Source: an uncultured Chloroflexia bacterium (GTDB taxonomy: Bacteria > Chloroflexota > Limnocylindria > Limnocylindrales > CSP1-4). Taken from it: a stretch of 64,000 nucleotides of DNA. Where the stretch lies: NCBI GenBank assembly GCA_963748675.1, contig CAVVJX010000005.1, positions 516,462-580,461 on the forward strand, written 5' to 3'. This document shows, piece by piece, positions 34,190 through 45,455 of this stretch; position 1 is the first letter of the stretch, and each line of letters begins with the position of its first letter. Below the pieces are notes generated by a model that was not told where the DNA came from, did no database searches, and saw nothing but the letters and a program-made list of their open reading frames with translations. A program made the position numbers and the translations under genes.

Positions 34190-35050
34190 ATGACCCGTCG
34201 GGTCGGCCTCATCGGGAAGCCGCTGAAGCGCCGCCACTCGCAGGTCATGCACGACGCCGCGTTCGACGCGGCGGGGATCGATGCCCGCTACGTCCTGCTC
34301 GAGCTGGAGCCCGAGGCGGTCGAGGGCGCCGTCCAGGAGGCGCGCGGCGACGACTGGCTCGGGCTTGGCGTGACCGCGCCGTACAAGCGGGTGGTCGCCG
34401 GCCTGGTCGATACCGTCGAGGACGATGCCGAGCGGATCGGCGCGGTCAACAACGTGGTTCGGCGGGACGACGGGCGCCTCGTCGGCATCAATACCGATGC
34501 GCCGGGGTTCCGCGCCGGCGTAGAGCTGGCGATGGGCGAGTCGCTGCGCGACGCCGATGTCGTCGTGGTCGGCGCCGGCGGCGCGGCCCACGCGGTCGTG
34601 TATGCGTGCCTGGACGCCGGGGCTCGGCGAGTGCAGATCGCCAACCGGACACTCGCGACGGCCACGGCGCTCGCCGAGCGATTCCGTGGCGTGGGAACGG
34701 GGACCGTCACGGCCATTCCGGCCGACGACGCAGCGTTCGAAGCGGCGCTCGCTGCCGCCGACCTGGCGGTCAACGCGACGACCGTCGGCATGCTCGATCC
34801 GGGCATGACCATCCCGGTCGAGCGCCTGCCGGACTCGGCGACCGTGTTCGACCTCGTCTACGTGCCGGCCGAGACGCCGCTCGTCGCCGCGGCCCGGGCG
34901 CGGGGCCTTCGGGCAGCCAATGGCTCCGAGATGCTGATCGCCCAGGCCGCCATCGCCTTCGAGCGCTGGACGGGCGTGGGTGGCATGGCCGATGTCATGC
35001 GTACGGCCGTGGCGCCGCTGCTCGCGGATCCCGACGGTCCGGGCCTGACA
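34190..35050 (+). CDS. aroE: Shikimate/quinate 5-dehydrogenase (AroE family); 3' end probably frameshifted (the ORF reads on to 35257)
   Basis: GLIGKPLKRRHSQVMHDAAF...GVTAPYK...VVGAGGAAHAVV. Expected length ~285 aa. A TGA in the +1 frame lies just before the FAH GTG. Confidence 0.65.
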
Positions 35051-35899
35051 CCGTGCGCCTCGCCACCATCCTCGTCGACGGGCGGCCGCGGGCGGCCGTC
35101 GTGCGCAACGACGACCGGGTCGTCCCGATCGACACGCGAGCGACGGGTCTGGCCGGCATCCGAGCCATCGCCGCCGGTGGTCAACCGGCCCTCGATCGCC
35201 TACAGGCGTGGCTGGAGGCACAGCCCGCCGAGGCCGGTCGGCCGCTGGACGCGGTGACGCTCGGCCCAGCCGTCCCGGACCCCGGCGCGATCTACACGGT
35301 CGGCCTTAACTACGACGGCCCAGGGGCGTCGCCGCGCCCCGATCGACCGCTCATCTACGGCAAGGCGGCGGCCTCGGTCGCGGGTCACGGCGCCACCTTG
35401 GCCTGGGACCGCGAAGTCACCGACGACGTCGATGCCGAGATCGAGCTCGGCGTCGTCATCGGCGCGACGGCGTTCCGGGTCACGCCCGGCGGAGGCCATG
35501 CAGCACGTCTTCGGCTACACCTGCATCAACGACGTGTCGGCCCGCGACGAGCGCCTCGACGGGGACCAGTGGATGCTCGGCAAGTCGATGCCCGGGTTCT
35601 GCCCGGTCGGCCCGTGGATCGTCACGGCGGACACGTTCGATCCCGCCAACGTCGCGTTGCGCTGCACCATCGATGGCGCACCGATCCAGGACGGCCGCAC
35701 CTCGTCGATGCGCTTCGGGATCCCGGAGGTCGTCGCCTACCTCAGCCAGCACCTGGAATTGCGGCCGGGTGATCTCATCGCCACTGGCACGCCGGTCCGG
35801 CTGGCCACGCCGCCCGGACCCGAACGTCGCCTTCGAGCCGGCGATACCGTGACCGTCTCCATCGAGGGGATCGGACGCCTGACCACGACCATCGCCTGA
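35050..35899 (+). CDS. Fumarylacetoacetate-hydrolase (FAH) family protein; frameshift near 35485
   Basis: IYTVGLNYDGPGASP...EIELGVVIG...FGYTCINDVSARD...GDLIATGTP. The N and C halves are in the 34606 and 35432 frames. Confidence 0.75.
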
Positions 35900-35921
35900 T
35901 GGCGACCAAGGAGACGACCCG

Positions 35922-36716
35922 ATGACCACGAAGCCCGCCACCGTCTTCCTCGGCGAGATGACCGATCCCGAGGTCCGGGCCGCCCTCGAGCGGACCCAGA
36001 CGATCATCATCCCGACCGGCTCGACCGAGCAGCACGGCCCGCACGGTCCGCTGCTGACCGATGCGCTCGTTCCGACGGAGGTGGGCCGGCGCGTGGCGGA
36101 GCGCATCGACGCGCTCGTGGCCCCGCCCATCAACTACTCCCTGTCCTATCCACACGTCGGGTTCACCGGCGTCGTTCACCTCCGGGTCCCGACGTTCATG
36201 TCGCTCATCGAGGACCTGTGCGCGTCGTTCGGCTCGATCGGCTTCACGCGGATCGTCTTCCTGAACGGTCACTACGACAACACGTACGCCATCGCCTACG
36301 CGTGCGCGACCGCAGCCGAGCGCATGCCCGCCGGCGTGCGCGCCTTCCCGGTCAACTACTGGGATGGGATGACCGCCGACGAGGCGGGCGAGTTCTTCGG
36401 CCCGACCACCGGCCTCCACGCGAATCGCGGTGAGACGTCGGCGGTGATGGCCATCAACGCGGACCTGGTCGACCTGGACGCCGCAAACGCCGAGCTGCCG
36501 CCGTTCCCCGAGGTCACGAACCAGGCGCCGGTCCACACGGCGTTCTTCTTCTCGGCGCCGGGCTCCGTCCACCGGGCGACACATTCCGGGACGTGGGGAG
36601 ATGCGCGGGAGTCCTCGGTCGAATACGGCCAGCGCTACCTCGACGTCGTGACCGATGCCACGGTGCGCCTGCTCGACGATATCGAGCGGACCTTCGCGGC
36701 GATGCCGCCGCGCTAG
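35922..36716 (+). CDS. Creatininase-family amidohydrolase
   Basis: IIIPTGSTEQHGPHGPLLTD and VFLNGHYDN are creatininase-family motifs. Confidence 0.7.
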   Translation: MTTKPATVFLGEMTDPEVRAALERTQTIIIPTGSTEQHGPHGPLLTDALVPTEVGRRVAERIDALVAPPINYSLSYPHVGFTGVVHLRVPTFMSLIEDLCASFGSIGFTRIVFLNGHYDNTYAIAYACATAAERMPAGVRAFPVNYWDGMTADEAGEFFGPTTGLHANRGETSAVMAINADLVDLDAANAELPPFPEVTNQAPVHTAFFFSAPGSVHRATHSGTWGDARESSVEYGQRYLDVVTDATVRLLDDIERTFAAMPPR

Positions 36717-37865
36717 CGGTGGGGAGCTAGACCCACGCTCCGGCGCGCATGACGCGCCGGACCTGCGAGATCGCCGTCGAGCTCCACGAGGTCGGCGCGC
36801 TGACCGACCGCGATCCGACCGCGATCCGAGATGCCGAGCAGCGCCGATGGGTTGCGGCTGGCGGCCGCCACGGCCGCGGGAAGCGGGACCCCGGCCTCCA
36901 CGAGGTTGCGGACCGCCGCGTCCAGCGCGATGACCGATCCGGCCAGCGTGGCCGTCCCGGCCAGGGTGACTCGCTGGCCGACGACCTCGACGGCGAGGCC
37001 GCCGATCTGCCCGCGTCCATCGCCCATTCCCGCGAGCGCGATGGCATCGCTGACCAGCAGCAGCCGGTCCGCCGGCTTCAGGCGGGTGATGAGCGGCCAG
37101 ACCCCAGGGTCCACGTGGATCCCATCGGCGATGAGCTCGACGTAGACCGCGTCGTCGAGCAGGGCCGCGACGGCAACGCCCGGCGAGCGGTGATCGACGC
37201 CGCTCATGGCGTTGAAGAGATGCGTCGTCGACCGCGCCCCGGCCTCGTATCCGGCTCGCGCCTCGGCGAGCGTCGCCGCCGAGTGACCGATCGAGACCGC
37301 GACGTCTCGCTCGTGGAGCCAGCGGATGAGGTCGGTCGCGCCCGGCAGCTCGGGGGCGATGGTCAAAAGCCGAAGGCCGTCGACAAGGGGTTCGAGCGCC
37401 GCAGGCGGCACCTCGGCCGGAACCTGGAGGTGGGCGGTGTCGTGGGCCCCCCGCCTGGCCGTGGCCAGGAACGGTCCCTCGAGGTTGAACCCGAGGGGCT
37501 CGGCGCCGTCGGCCGGGGCGTCAGGGAGCCAGCTCCGGACGCCTTCGGCGAAGGCGACGAGGTCGGTGAGGGGGGCGGTCACGGCGGTCGGCAGGAACGA
37601 GGTCACGCCTCGTCGGAGCAGCGCGCGGGCCATGCCATCGAGGGCGGCGCGGTCGCCCATCGCGTCGTGGCCGCCCCAGCCGTGGACGTGGACGTCGACG
37701 AACCCCGGCGCGATGTACGGCCCGTCCGGGTCGCCCGTCGCCGTCGCCGTCGTCGAGGTCGACCGCTGCGATCCGCCCATCCTCGATCGCGACCCGGCCG
37801 CCGGCGACCCGATCGTCGAGGACCAGGCGGCCGGTGATGGTGCTGTCGGCCGGGCCGCTGCTCAT
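36713..37865 (-). CDS. nagA: N-acetylglucosamine-6-phosphate deacetylase; frameshift near 37730
   Basis: GFVDVHVHGWGG...SIGHSAAT...HLFNAMSG. The N-terminal 70 aa lie in the ORF 37521..37865 frame. Confidence 0.8.
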
Positions 37866-38641
37866 CGCTCGCCGCGCTTGGTCACGCCGCCGGCCGCATC
37901 GGCCGGCTCGGGATCCGGTCCCTCGATGTCGAACCCGACGACCAGGCCGTAGCGGTCGGCCGGGTAGCGCGACTCGGTCGCCTCGATGCGACGGCCGTGC
38001 CCGTCAGCGATGACCCGCCGCTCCACGAGCAGCGGATCGCCGATCCGGACCTCAAGCAGGCGGGCGTCGTCGGGTGTCGCGGCGGCGGCACCGATCGTGC
38101 TGGACCCGCCGCGCAGCACGATTCCGGCGCGCCCCAGCGTCTCGTGCAGCGAACCGTCGGCGAGATCGGCCGTCATGACGGCGTCGGCACACGCCCCGAT
38201 CAGGACCGTGGATTCGAGGGCGATCGGCTCATCGTCGGCCTGCCGCAGTCGGCGCAGGTGGACGACCGGCTGCCCGGCCGGGATGCCGAGGCTTGCGGCT
38301 TCGGCGGGCGAAGACGGGCGGATGATGCGGGTCAGCACCCGTGAGCTGGGAACGCGCCCGGCCCGGCGCATCTCCTGCGTGAACGTCATGAGCCGATTCG
38401 CCCGCCGGTGCGCGGGCGGCTCTGCCACGAAGCTGCCTCGGCCCGGCGTCCGCGTGATCAGGCCATCCTCGGCGAGGCGCTGCATGGCATTGCGGGCGGT
38501 CATCCGGCTGACCCCGAACTCCGCGCACAGCTCCGCGTCCGACGGCAGACGCGCGCCCGGCAACAGGATCGAGATCCGCTCCCGCAGCGCCTGCTCGATC
38601 TGGCGGTAGTGGGGCTGCGCCGCAGCGCTGGCCTGGATCAT
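37862..38641 (-). CDS. GntR-family (HutC/NagR subfamily, UTRA domain) transcriptional regulator
   Basis: N-terminal HTH LPSDAELCAEFGVSRMTARNAMQRL plus a UTRA effector domain. Stop overlaps the nagA start (ATGA). Confidence 0.8.
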   Translation of the reverse strand: MIQASAAAQPHYRQIEQALRERISILLPGARLPSDAELCAEFGVSRMTARNAMQRLAEDGLITRTPGRGSFVAEPPAHRRANRLMTFTQEMRRAGRVPSSRVLTRIIRPSSPAEAASLGIPAGQPVVHLRRLRQADDEPIALESTVLIGACADAVMTADLADGSLHETLGRAGIVLRGGSSTIGAAAATPDDARLLEVRIGDPLLVERRVIADGHGRRIEATESRYPADRYGLVVGFDIEGPDPEPADAAGGVTKRGER

Positions 38642-39601
38642 CGTGCCCCGACCGGTTCGTGGGCTGCGGTCCGGTCGTCTCGCTCGGCCGCCTCCGCGCC
38701 ATGGAGGGCCGCCCCGATGGCCCCGGCCCACGTCCCGAGCTCCGCCGGGACGAGCCGGACGCGATCGAGCGCGGTCGTGTGGACCCGCTCGCGCAGCTCC
38801 GCCTCGATCGGTTCGCGCAGCAGGTCGAACGCCGCCGAAATGCCACCACCGATGACGACCACGTCGGGGGTGACGACCACGATCATGTTGGCGATCCCGA
38901 TGCCCAGGTAGCGCCCCACGGAACGCAGCCCGGCCACGGCCATCGGCTCCCCGGCGCGCGCCGCCTCGACGGCCGCCTCGGCGGTCGCGGTCCCACACGC
39001 CGCCGCGATCCGGTCGGCGCGGGCGAATGCCTCGAGGCAGCCGTGGTTGCCGCAGCCGCACGGCGGCCCATCGGGATCGATCGTCTGGTGGCCGAGCTCG
39101 CCGCCGGTCCCGTCATGTCCCAGGTAGACGCGGCCGTCGATGGCGATGACGCCGCCGACCCCGGTCCCGAGCGTCAGCCCGACCATCGACGACGCGCCGC
39201 GCGCGGCGCCCAGGCGCAGCTCGGCCAGCCCGAACGCCCGCGCGTCGTTGATCAGCGTCGCGGGCAGCCCCAGCGCCGCCCCGACCGGGCCTGCCACGGG
39301 CCGGCCGTCCCAGGCGCCCGGGATGTTGACGAGGAACCGCGTCGTTCCGGCGGCCGGGTCGTACAGGCCCGGGATCCCGATCCCGACCGAGGTCACACCC
39401 GGGTTGCGCTCGATCGCCTCGGCTCCCACCGCTGCCAGGCGAGCCACCACGGCCTCCGGCCCTTCGGCAGCCGGCGTCCCGACCTGACCCCGGTCGAGGA
39501 CCCGCCACTCGCCGTCGTCCCGCTCGACGACCACCCACTTGATGTTCGTACCGCCAAGGTCGAGCCCGAGATGGCGACTCGTGGGCGGGCCGTCCCCCAC
39601 G
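38638..39601 (-). CDS. ROK-family sugar kinase (GlcNAc/glucokinase-like)
   Basis: LGLDLGGTNIKWVV...ROK Zn motif CGCGNHGCLE. No N-terminal HTH. The ORF extends upstream as an Arg-rich artefact, and the likely GTG start is near 39601. Confidence 0.75.
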
Positions 39602-39605
39602 TCGA

Positions 39606-40597
39606 TCAGGACTCCGCCGTGACCCGGGTGTAGGCCGCCGCGACGACGACGATGATCGCGCCGAACAGGATCTGGCGGACGGCCTCGGGCAGGCCGAGGG
39701 TCGTGAGCAGGGATGTCAGCACGGTCAGGATGAGGGCCCCGACGATCGTCCCGCCGTAGCCACCGCGGCCGCCCATGATCGACGTCCCGCCGATGACGGC
39801 CGCGGCCACCGACGGCAGCACCGCGCTGTCCACCAGGGTCACGCTCGCCACGTTGTTGAGACCCGCGTACAGGAAGCCGGCGATCGCGGCGAGGAGGGCC
39901 GAGATGATGTACAGGACGATCAGGACCTGCCACGACCGGGCGCCGGCCAGGCGGGCGGCGATCGGGTTGTCGCCGACCGCGTACAGCAGCCGGCCGTAGC
40001 CGGTCCGCCGCAGCAGGATCAGGACGAAGGCGACCAGCGGTACGAAGACGAGCAGGCTGTTCGGCAGCACGCCGAGGACCGTGCCCGATCCAAGCGGTGC
40101 GCAGGAGCGTCGGGGACGCCAGCCCCGGTCTGGACCATCACGAGTCTGCCAGACGTTGGCCAGCCCGAGGATCACCAGGCTCATGCCCAGGGTCATGATC
40201 AGCGGGTGGACCTTGAAGACGCCGACACCGATGCCCGTCAGGAGCCCGGCGAGCGCCGCGATGACGAGCGCCACGAGCAAGGCGACCGGGAGTCCCTGGC
40301 CCGCGACGAGGGTCGCGACGACGAACCCGCTCATCGAGGCGACGGCGCCGACGGACAGGTCGATGCCGCCGGTCAGCATCGTCAGCGTCTGGCAGGCGGC
40401 GAGGATCGCCAGCGGGATGGCGGCCCGGACGATGCCCGCCGACCCAGCCCGGGTTCACGGAATCCGGCCTGACGAGCAAGACCAGGGCGACCAGCAGCAC
40501 GAGCAGGCCGATGAGCGGGATGAGCGGCCGGTCGCGGAACAGGCGCCGCCAGGCGGCCGCGGTGAGCCACGGGTTGCGGGTGCTGGTTGCGTCCGCC
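39606..40597 (-). CDS. Sugar ABC transporter permease (RbsC/XylH-like); frameshift near 40440
   Basis: Hydrophobic throughout. The N-terminus (MSGVADATS...PLIPLIGLLVLL) is in another frame (ORF 40138..40989), and the C-terminus is in ORF 39606..40379. Confidence 0.65.
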
Positions 40598-41614
40598 ACG
40601 CCGCTCATGCCCGCTCCCGCCGCATCTGGATCAGGCTGCCGAACATGACCACCCCGATCAGGATGAGCGCCCTGGAGGACGACCGAGAGGTTGGTGTTGA
40701 CGCCGAGGAACGTCATGTCGGTCCGGATCAGCTGGAGGATCACGACCGCGACGATCGGCCCGAACACGCCGCCGCGGCCGCCGGCGAGGCTCACGCCGCC
40801 GAGGACGATGGCCGCGACGCTCAGCAGCGTGTAGGGCCCGGGCACCGGCGTCCCGATCCCGGTGCTCGCGGTCAGCGCCAGGCCGCCGAGGGCCGCGAAC
40901 AGGCCCGTCAGCATGTAGGCGACGACGCTTCGTCCGGCCGACCGGCACGCCGCTGCGGAACGCGGCCAGCCGGTTGCTGCCGATGGCATAGAGCGACAGC
41001 CCGAGCCGCGATCGCCGGAGGGGGATCCAGATCAGCGCCACGACGACGATCAGGACGACCAGCGCCCTTCGGGATCCACTCGTTGACCGAGGGACCCGGT
41101 GACCAGGTCCTTGAGCCACTTCGCCGACGCCGCCGCCGGGGGTCTTCAGGACGAGCAGCGCGCAGCCCGCCCAGACGAACGACATCGCCAGGGTCACGAC
41201 GATGTCGGGCACGCGGGTGAGGACGACGACGCCACCGTTGATCGCGCCCAGGACGAGCCCCAGCAGGAGGACGCCGAGGACGACCGCGACGCCGAACTCC
41301 TCGGGCTGGCCCTTCATGAGCGCGGCCGCGACGACGCTCGTCAGCGCCATCATCGAGCCGATCGAGAGGTCGATCCCGCCGGAGATGACGACGATCGCCT
41401 GGCCGACGGCGGCCAACGCGAGCGGCAGGACCGAGATCGCCAGGCCCTGGACGCCGGCCACCCCGTAGCTCGGCTGGATGAGCTTCGTGAAGACCAGGAG
41501 GAGGGCGAGGAAGCCGACCAGCCCGATCACCCAGCCATTGCGTTGCGCAAAGGCGGCGAGGGCGTCCGCCGGGCGGGGGCGGAGGTCGTCGACCGGGGCT
41601 GTCGCGGCGCTCAT
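40594..41614 (-). CDS. Sugar ABC transporter permease (RbsC-like); at least three frameshifts
   Basis: N-terminus from ORF 40658..41614; middle and C-terminus (AYMLTGLFAALGGLALTAS...VVLQG LILIGVVMFGSLIQMRRERA*) from two other frames. ATGA overlaps with both neighbours. Confidence 0.6.
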
Positions 41615-43239
41615 CGGCCGCTCGCCGGCGGCAGGGGCTCGCGGTCCGGAGACGCATCGACCGGCCCGGCATCGACCGGCGCGGCTGCTTCGGCGACCGC
41701 CTCCGCGGCGACCAGCTCGGCCGCGATCTCCTCGGGCATCGGGGCGTCCGAGCGGCAGGTCGTAGGCGGCCCGCAGCAGCGTCGGCTCGTCGGCGTCGGC
41801 GACCGTCGATCTCGGCGACCACCCGGCCGCCGAAGATGACGATCGCCCGGTCGCAGGCGAGCTGGATCTCCTTGAGCTCCGAGGTGTAGAGCAGGACCGC
41901 GGCGCCGGCCTCCGCCAGGTCGCGAAGCAGCACGTAGATCTGCTGCTTGGTCCGGATGTCGATGCCGCGGGTCGGGTCGAAGCACAGCATCGTCTGGACG
42001 CCGCCGGCGACCCAGCGCGCGATCGTGACCTTCTGCTGGTTGCCGCCCGACAGCCGGCGGACCTCGCCCTGCGCGCGCGTGTCGATCTGGAGCCGGCTGA
42101 TCGCCGTCGTCGACCTTGCGTGCGCTCCTCGCCGGTGTTGATCGGGCCCCAGCGGCTCGACCCAGGCGGTGAACGGCAGCGCGATGTTCTCGCGCACCGA
42201 GCGCTGCATCAGCAGCGCCTCGGCGCGGTCGGCCGGCACGTAGACGAGACCCGCCCGGATGGCGTCGGCCGGATGGCGGAAGGAGACGGGCGAGCCGTCG
42301 ACGAGCAGCTCGCCGCTCGTCGGGCGTTCGGAGCCGGCGAGGATGTCGAACAGCTCGTCCTGGCCCTGGCCCTCGAGCGCGACGACGCCGAGCACCTCGC
42401 CCGGGTAGAGGTCGAACGAGACGTCCTGCAGTTTGTGCCGCGCGGCGAGGCTTCGGGCGGAGATGCGGGGCTTCACGTCGGCCGACCGGGCCGCCGCTGG
42501 CGCCCGTTCGGCGACCGCCGCCATGTCCTCGACGATGTCGCCGAGCATGAGCTCGACGATCCGCTCCTCGGAGCCCTCGGTGACGTCGACGACGCCGACG
42601 GTCTCGCCCTCGCGCAGGACGGTCGCGCGGTCGCAGACGGCGGCGATCTCGATCATCCGATGGGAGATGAAGATGACCGAGCGGTCGCCGCCGCGCTGGC
42701 GGCCGATGACCTCGAGGACGCGCTCGGTCAGGTTCGCGGGCAGGGCCGCGGTCATCTCGTCGAGCATCAGCACGTCGGGCTCGATGGCCAGCGCGCGGGC
42801 GAGGTCGATGACCCGGAGCGAGGCCAGCGGCAGGTCGCCGCGCCATGCTCGACAGGTCCAGGTCCTCGAGGCCGAGCTCGGCCAGCCAGTGGCGGAATGG
42901 CTCGACCGGCGTCTCGGTCAGGCGGAGGTTGGACCGGATGTCCAGGTCCGGGATGAGCGCCGGCTCCTGGTAGACCGAGACGATGCCGCCGCGGCGCGCC
43001 TCGGCCGGTGAGTGGGCCATGTGCTCCCGACCGCGGACGGTGATCGTGCCGCCGTCCGGGCGGACCGCCCCGGTGAGGATCTTGACGAGCGTGCTCTTGC
43101 CGGCGCCGTTGGCGCCCATGAGCGCGTGGACCTCGCCGGGGCGCACGGCCAGCGAGGCGGTCTGCAGCGCGACGACCGCGCCGTAGGTCTTCGCGATCCC
43201 GGTGGCCTCGAGCAGGAGCTCCGTCGTGGTGAGGGTCAT
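41611..43239 (-). CDS. Sugar ABC transporter ATP-binding protein with duplicated NBD (RbsA/MglA-like); frameshifted
   Basis: Two Walker A regions (GANGAGKST, ...), signature LSGGNQQKV, and the second NBD in ORF 40908..42773. Frame changes near 42780 and 41800. Confidence 0.7.
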   Translation of the reverse strand: MTLTTTELLLEATGIAKTYGAVVALQTASLAVRPGEVHALMGANGAGKSTLVKILTGAVRPDGGTITVRGREHMAHSPAEARRGGIVSVYQEPALIPDLDIRSNLRLTETPVEPFRHWLAELGLEDLDLSSMARRPAAGLAPGHRPRPRAGHRARRADARRDDRGPAREPDRARPRGHRPPARRRPLGHLHLPSDDRDRRRLRPRDRPARGRDRRRRRRHRGLRGADRRAHARRHRRGHGGGRRTGASGGPVGRREAPHLRPKPRRAAQTAGRLVRPLPGRGARRRRARGPGPGRAVRHPRRLRTPDERRAARRRLARLLPPSGRRHPGGSRLRAGRPRRGAADAALGAREHRAAVHRLGRAAGARSTPARSARKVDDGDQPAPDRHARAGRGPPAVGRQPAEGHDRALGRRRRPDDAVLRPDPRHRHPDQAADLRAASRPGGGRRRGPALHLGAQGDPARLRPGDRHLRRPGGRRDRRSPTPTSRRCCGPPTTCRSDAPMPEEIAAELVAAEAVAEAAAPVDAGPVDASPDREPLPPASGR

Positions 43240-43299
43240 CGGTCCCTCGATGGTAGTACGGGAGATGCCGGCGGATCCGGCACCTCCCGCTGCGTGGGT

Positions 43300-44508
43300 C
43301 TATGGCTCGGGGACGGCTACGCTCGCCCGGGCCCTTGCAGGCGACGGCCTGCTCGGGGGTGTACGTGGTCCAGCCCTCGATCTGGAGACCGAGCGGCCAG
43401 AGCGGGTCGAGACCGTCGACCTTCCACGACTCGAGCAGCGCCTTGCCCTCGTCGGTGACGTTGTCGGCGACGACCGGGTCCAGGAGGACCGTGTTCGCGC
43501 GCGCGGGCGCCGGTGCCGTCTCGATGGTCTCACCGTTGAGGAGCTTGAGCGCCAGGCCGACGCCGGCGCCGCCGACGGCGGCGGGTTGGTGACCGCGGCG
43601 CCCTTGAGCCCGGCGTAGTCGGTCGGGTTCGGCAGCTGGCCGACGAAGCGCGCCGAGGTCCGCGCCGACGATCGGCACGAACGGCTTGCTGTGCGGCCTT
43701 GATCGCGTCGACGACCTGCGAGTCCATGCCCGACGTCCAGATGCCCTGGACGTCGTCGTACCGCCGCTGGTGATGAAGTCGGTTGCGATCTGGGTGGCCT
43801 TCGCCGGGTCCCAGTCCGTGTGGACACCCTCGTCGCTCGGGACGAGCTTGATGCCCGGATACTCGGCCAGCGCCTGCTTGAAGCCGGTGTCGCGGTCGGT
43901 GTCGGCCGGGTGGCCGGCGATGCCGCGCATGTACGACGACGTTGCCCTTGCCGCCCAGCTGCTCGAACAGCCACTTGGCGCCGAGGTAGGCGTACTCGAC
44001 CTGGTTGTTGGACAGGTTGTAGGCGTCCGGGTCGGTGACGAACGCGTCGACCGCGACGGTCGTTGATGCCGGCGGCCTTGGCCTCGTCGAGCGCCGGGTT
44101 GAGGGCGTCGGGATCGTTCGGGTTGAAGACGATCGCGTCGACGTCCGCGGCGATCAGGTCGCGGATGTCCTGCAGCTGGCCGGCCGCGTCCGTGTTGCGG
44201 TGGATGATGGTGAGCTTGGAGACCTGGCCGGACGCGAGCGCCTCGGCCTTGGCCGTGCAGATCTGCTCCTCGCGGAAGCCGTTGCCGACGCCGCCACCGT
44301 TCGAGAACCCGATCGTGTAGCTGCCCGCCGCGCTGGCGGCCGCGTCAGACGGCGCGCCGGCGCTGGGGGCCGCCACGCTGGGGGCCGCCACGCTCGGGGC
44401 CGTGCTGGCCGCGGGCGTGGAGCACGCGCCGCGAACACCGCGACCGCTGCGAAGACCGCGAGCAATCTTGCCCGGGTCGATCCCTTCTCGATCATTCGTT
44501 CTCCTCCT
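43300..44508 (-). CDS. Lipoprotein sugar-binding protein of the ABC transporter; at least five frameshifts
   Basis: Excellent RBS GAGGAGGAGAACGA-ATG. MIEKGSTRARLLAVFAAVAVFAA-C-STPAASTAPS lipobox with a Pro/Ala/Ser linker, then a periplasmic-binding fold. The sequence is split among three frames. Confidence 0.6.
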   Translation of the reverse strand, partial: RRRTNDREGIDPGKIARGLRSGRGVRGACSTPAASTAPSVAAPSVAAPSAGAPSDAAASAAGSYTIGFSNGGGVGNGFREEQICTAKAEALASGQVSKLTIIHRNTDAAGQLQDIRDLIAADVDAIVFNPNDPDALNPALDEAKAAGINDRRGRRVRHRPGRLQPVQQPGRVRLPRRQVAVRAAGRQGQRRRTCAASPATRPTPTATPASSRRWPSIRASSSSRATRVSTRTGTRRRPPRSQPTSSPAAVRRRPGHLDVGHGLAGRRRDQGRTASRSCRSSARTSARFVGQLPNPTDYAGLKGAAVTNPPPSAAPASAWRSSSSTVRPSRRHRRPRARTRSSWTRSSPTTSPTRARRCSSRGRSTVSTRSGRSVSRSRAGPRTPPSRPSPARARASVAVPEP

Positions 44509-44585
44509 CGTTCGATCGGCGCGCCATGGTGGCCGCGCCGTAGGACGACGATCGCCCCCGCCCACGGGGGTCGTTGATCGCTCAT

Positions 44586-45430
44586 CAGCTCGGCTTCACC
44601 TCCTGGCGCGGGGCTCGCCTCGCCGTCATCCGTATCGCGGCTGATGGCACGGGCGATGCGCCGCGCGTGCTCCTCGATAGGCTCGTCGAACAGCGACCGC
44701 GAGCGCTCGGCGCCTACGACCGAGGCTCGGGTGATGACCGGTGGCATCGCGCCACGCTCCACGAGCAGCTGGGCGGTCCGCACCTTGATGGAGTTGACGA
44801 TGGCGACGGCGGTGATCGTCGAGCCCGGACCGACCGGGGTGTCGAGCCCGTCGATCGTCGACCAGGGCGTCGGCGTGCGGCGTGCACAGGTCGATGACGA
44901 GGTCGGCCTCGTCGAGCAGGCGGCTGCCGACCATCGGGATCCGGGTCGGCCGACATCGACTGCTCGACCGAGGTCACGGCGATGACCCGCAGGCCGCGCC
45001 GGCGCGCGCCGCGGGCCATCTCGACCGGCACCGCCGAGGTCCCCGCGGCCGAGAAGACGATCATCACGTCGTGCGGCCCGAAGGTGAAGTTCGACGAGGA
45101 TGACCTCGGCGAGGCCCGGCATCCGCTCGATGAACATCGCCTGGCGCTGGCCGTTGGCGCCGACGACCTGGGTGTGGAACGTCATCGACAGCTCGACGAT
45201 CGGGTTGAAGCCGGGGTACGAGCCGTAGCGCGGGAACATCTCCTCGACCGGGATCCGCGAGTGGCCGGTCCCGAACAGGTGGACGAGGCCGTCGCCGGCG
45301 ATCGCATCGGCGCACCACTGGCTGGCTTCTCGAGGGCGTCGCCCTGGGTCGTGGCGAGCCGATCGAGGAGCGCCCGTGCTTCGTCGAGGAACGGCGGAGC
45401 GCTCACCGACGTGACGGTCCTCGCGTTCAT
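44586..45430 (-). CDS. SIS-domain sugar-phosphate isomerase/deaminase-like protein; frameshifted
   Basis: FGTGHS..., PRYGSYPGFNPIVELSMTFH, MIVFSAAGTSAVPV (the SIS phosphosugar-binding fold) assembled from ORFs 45182..45430, 44714..45067 and 44154..45239. A TGATGA stop lies in the +1 frame at about 44583. Confidence 0.55.
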
Positions 45431-45455
45431 CGGGCGCCCACGACGACGAATCGCA

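Noticed and set aside
44365-44400. Tandem 15-bp repeat (gccgccacgctgggg x2) as a possible CRISPR or minisatellite
   Set aside because: It lies inside the SBP gene and encodes the APSVAAPSVAAPS lipoprotein linker. There are only two units and no spacer architecture.
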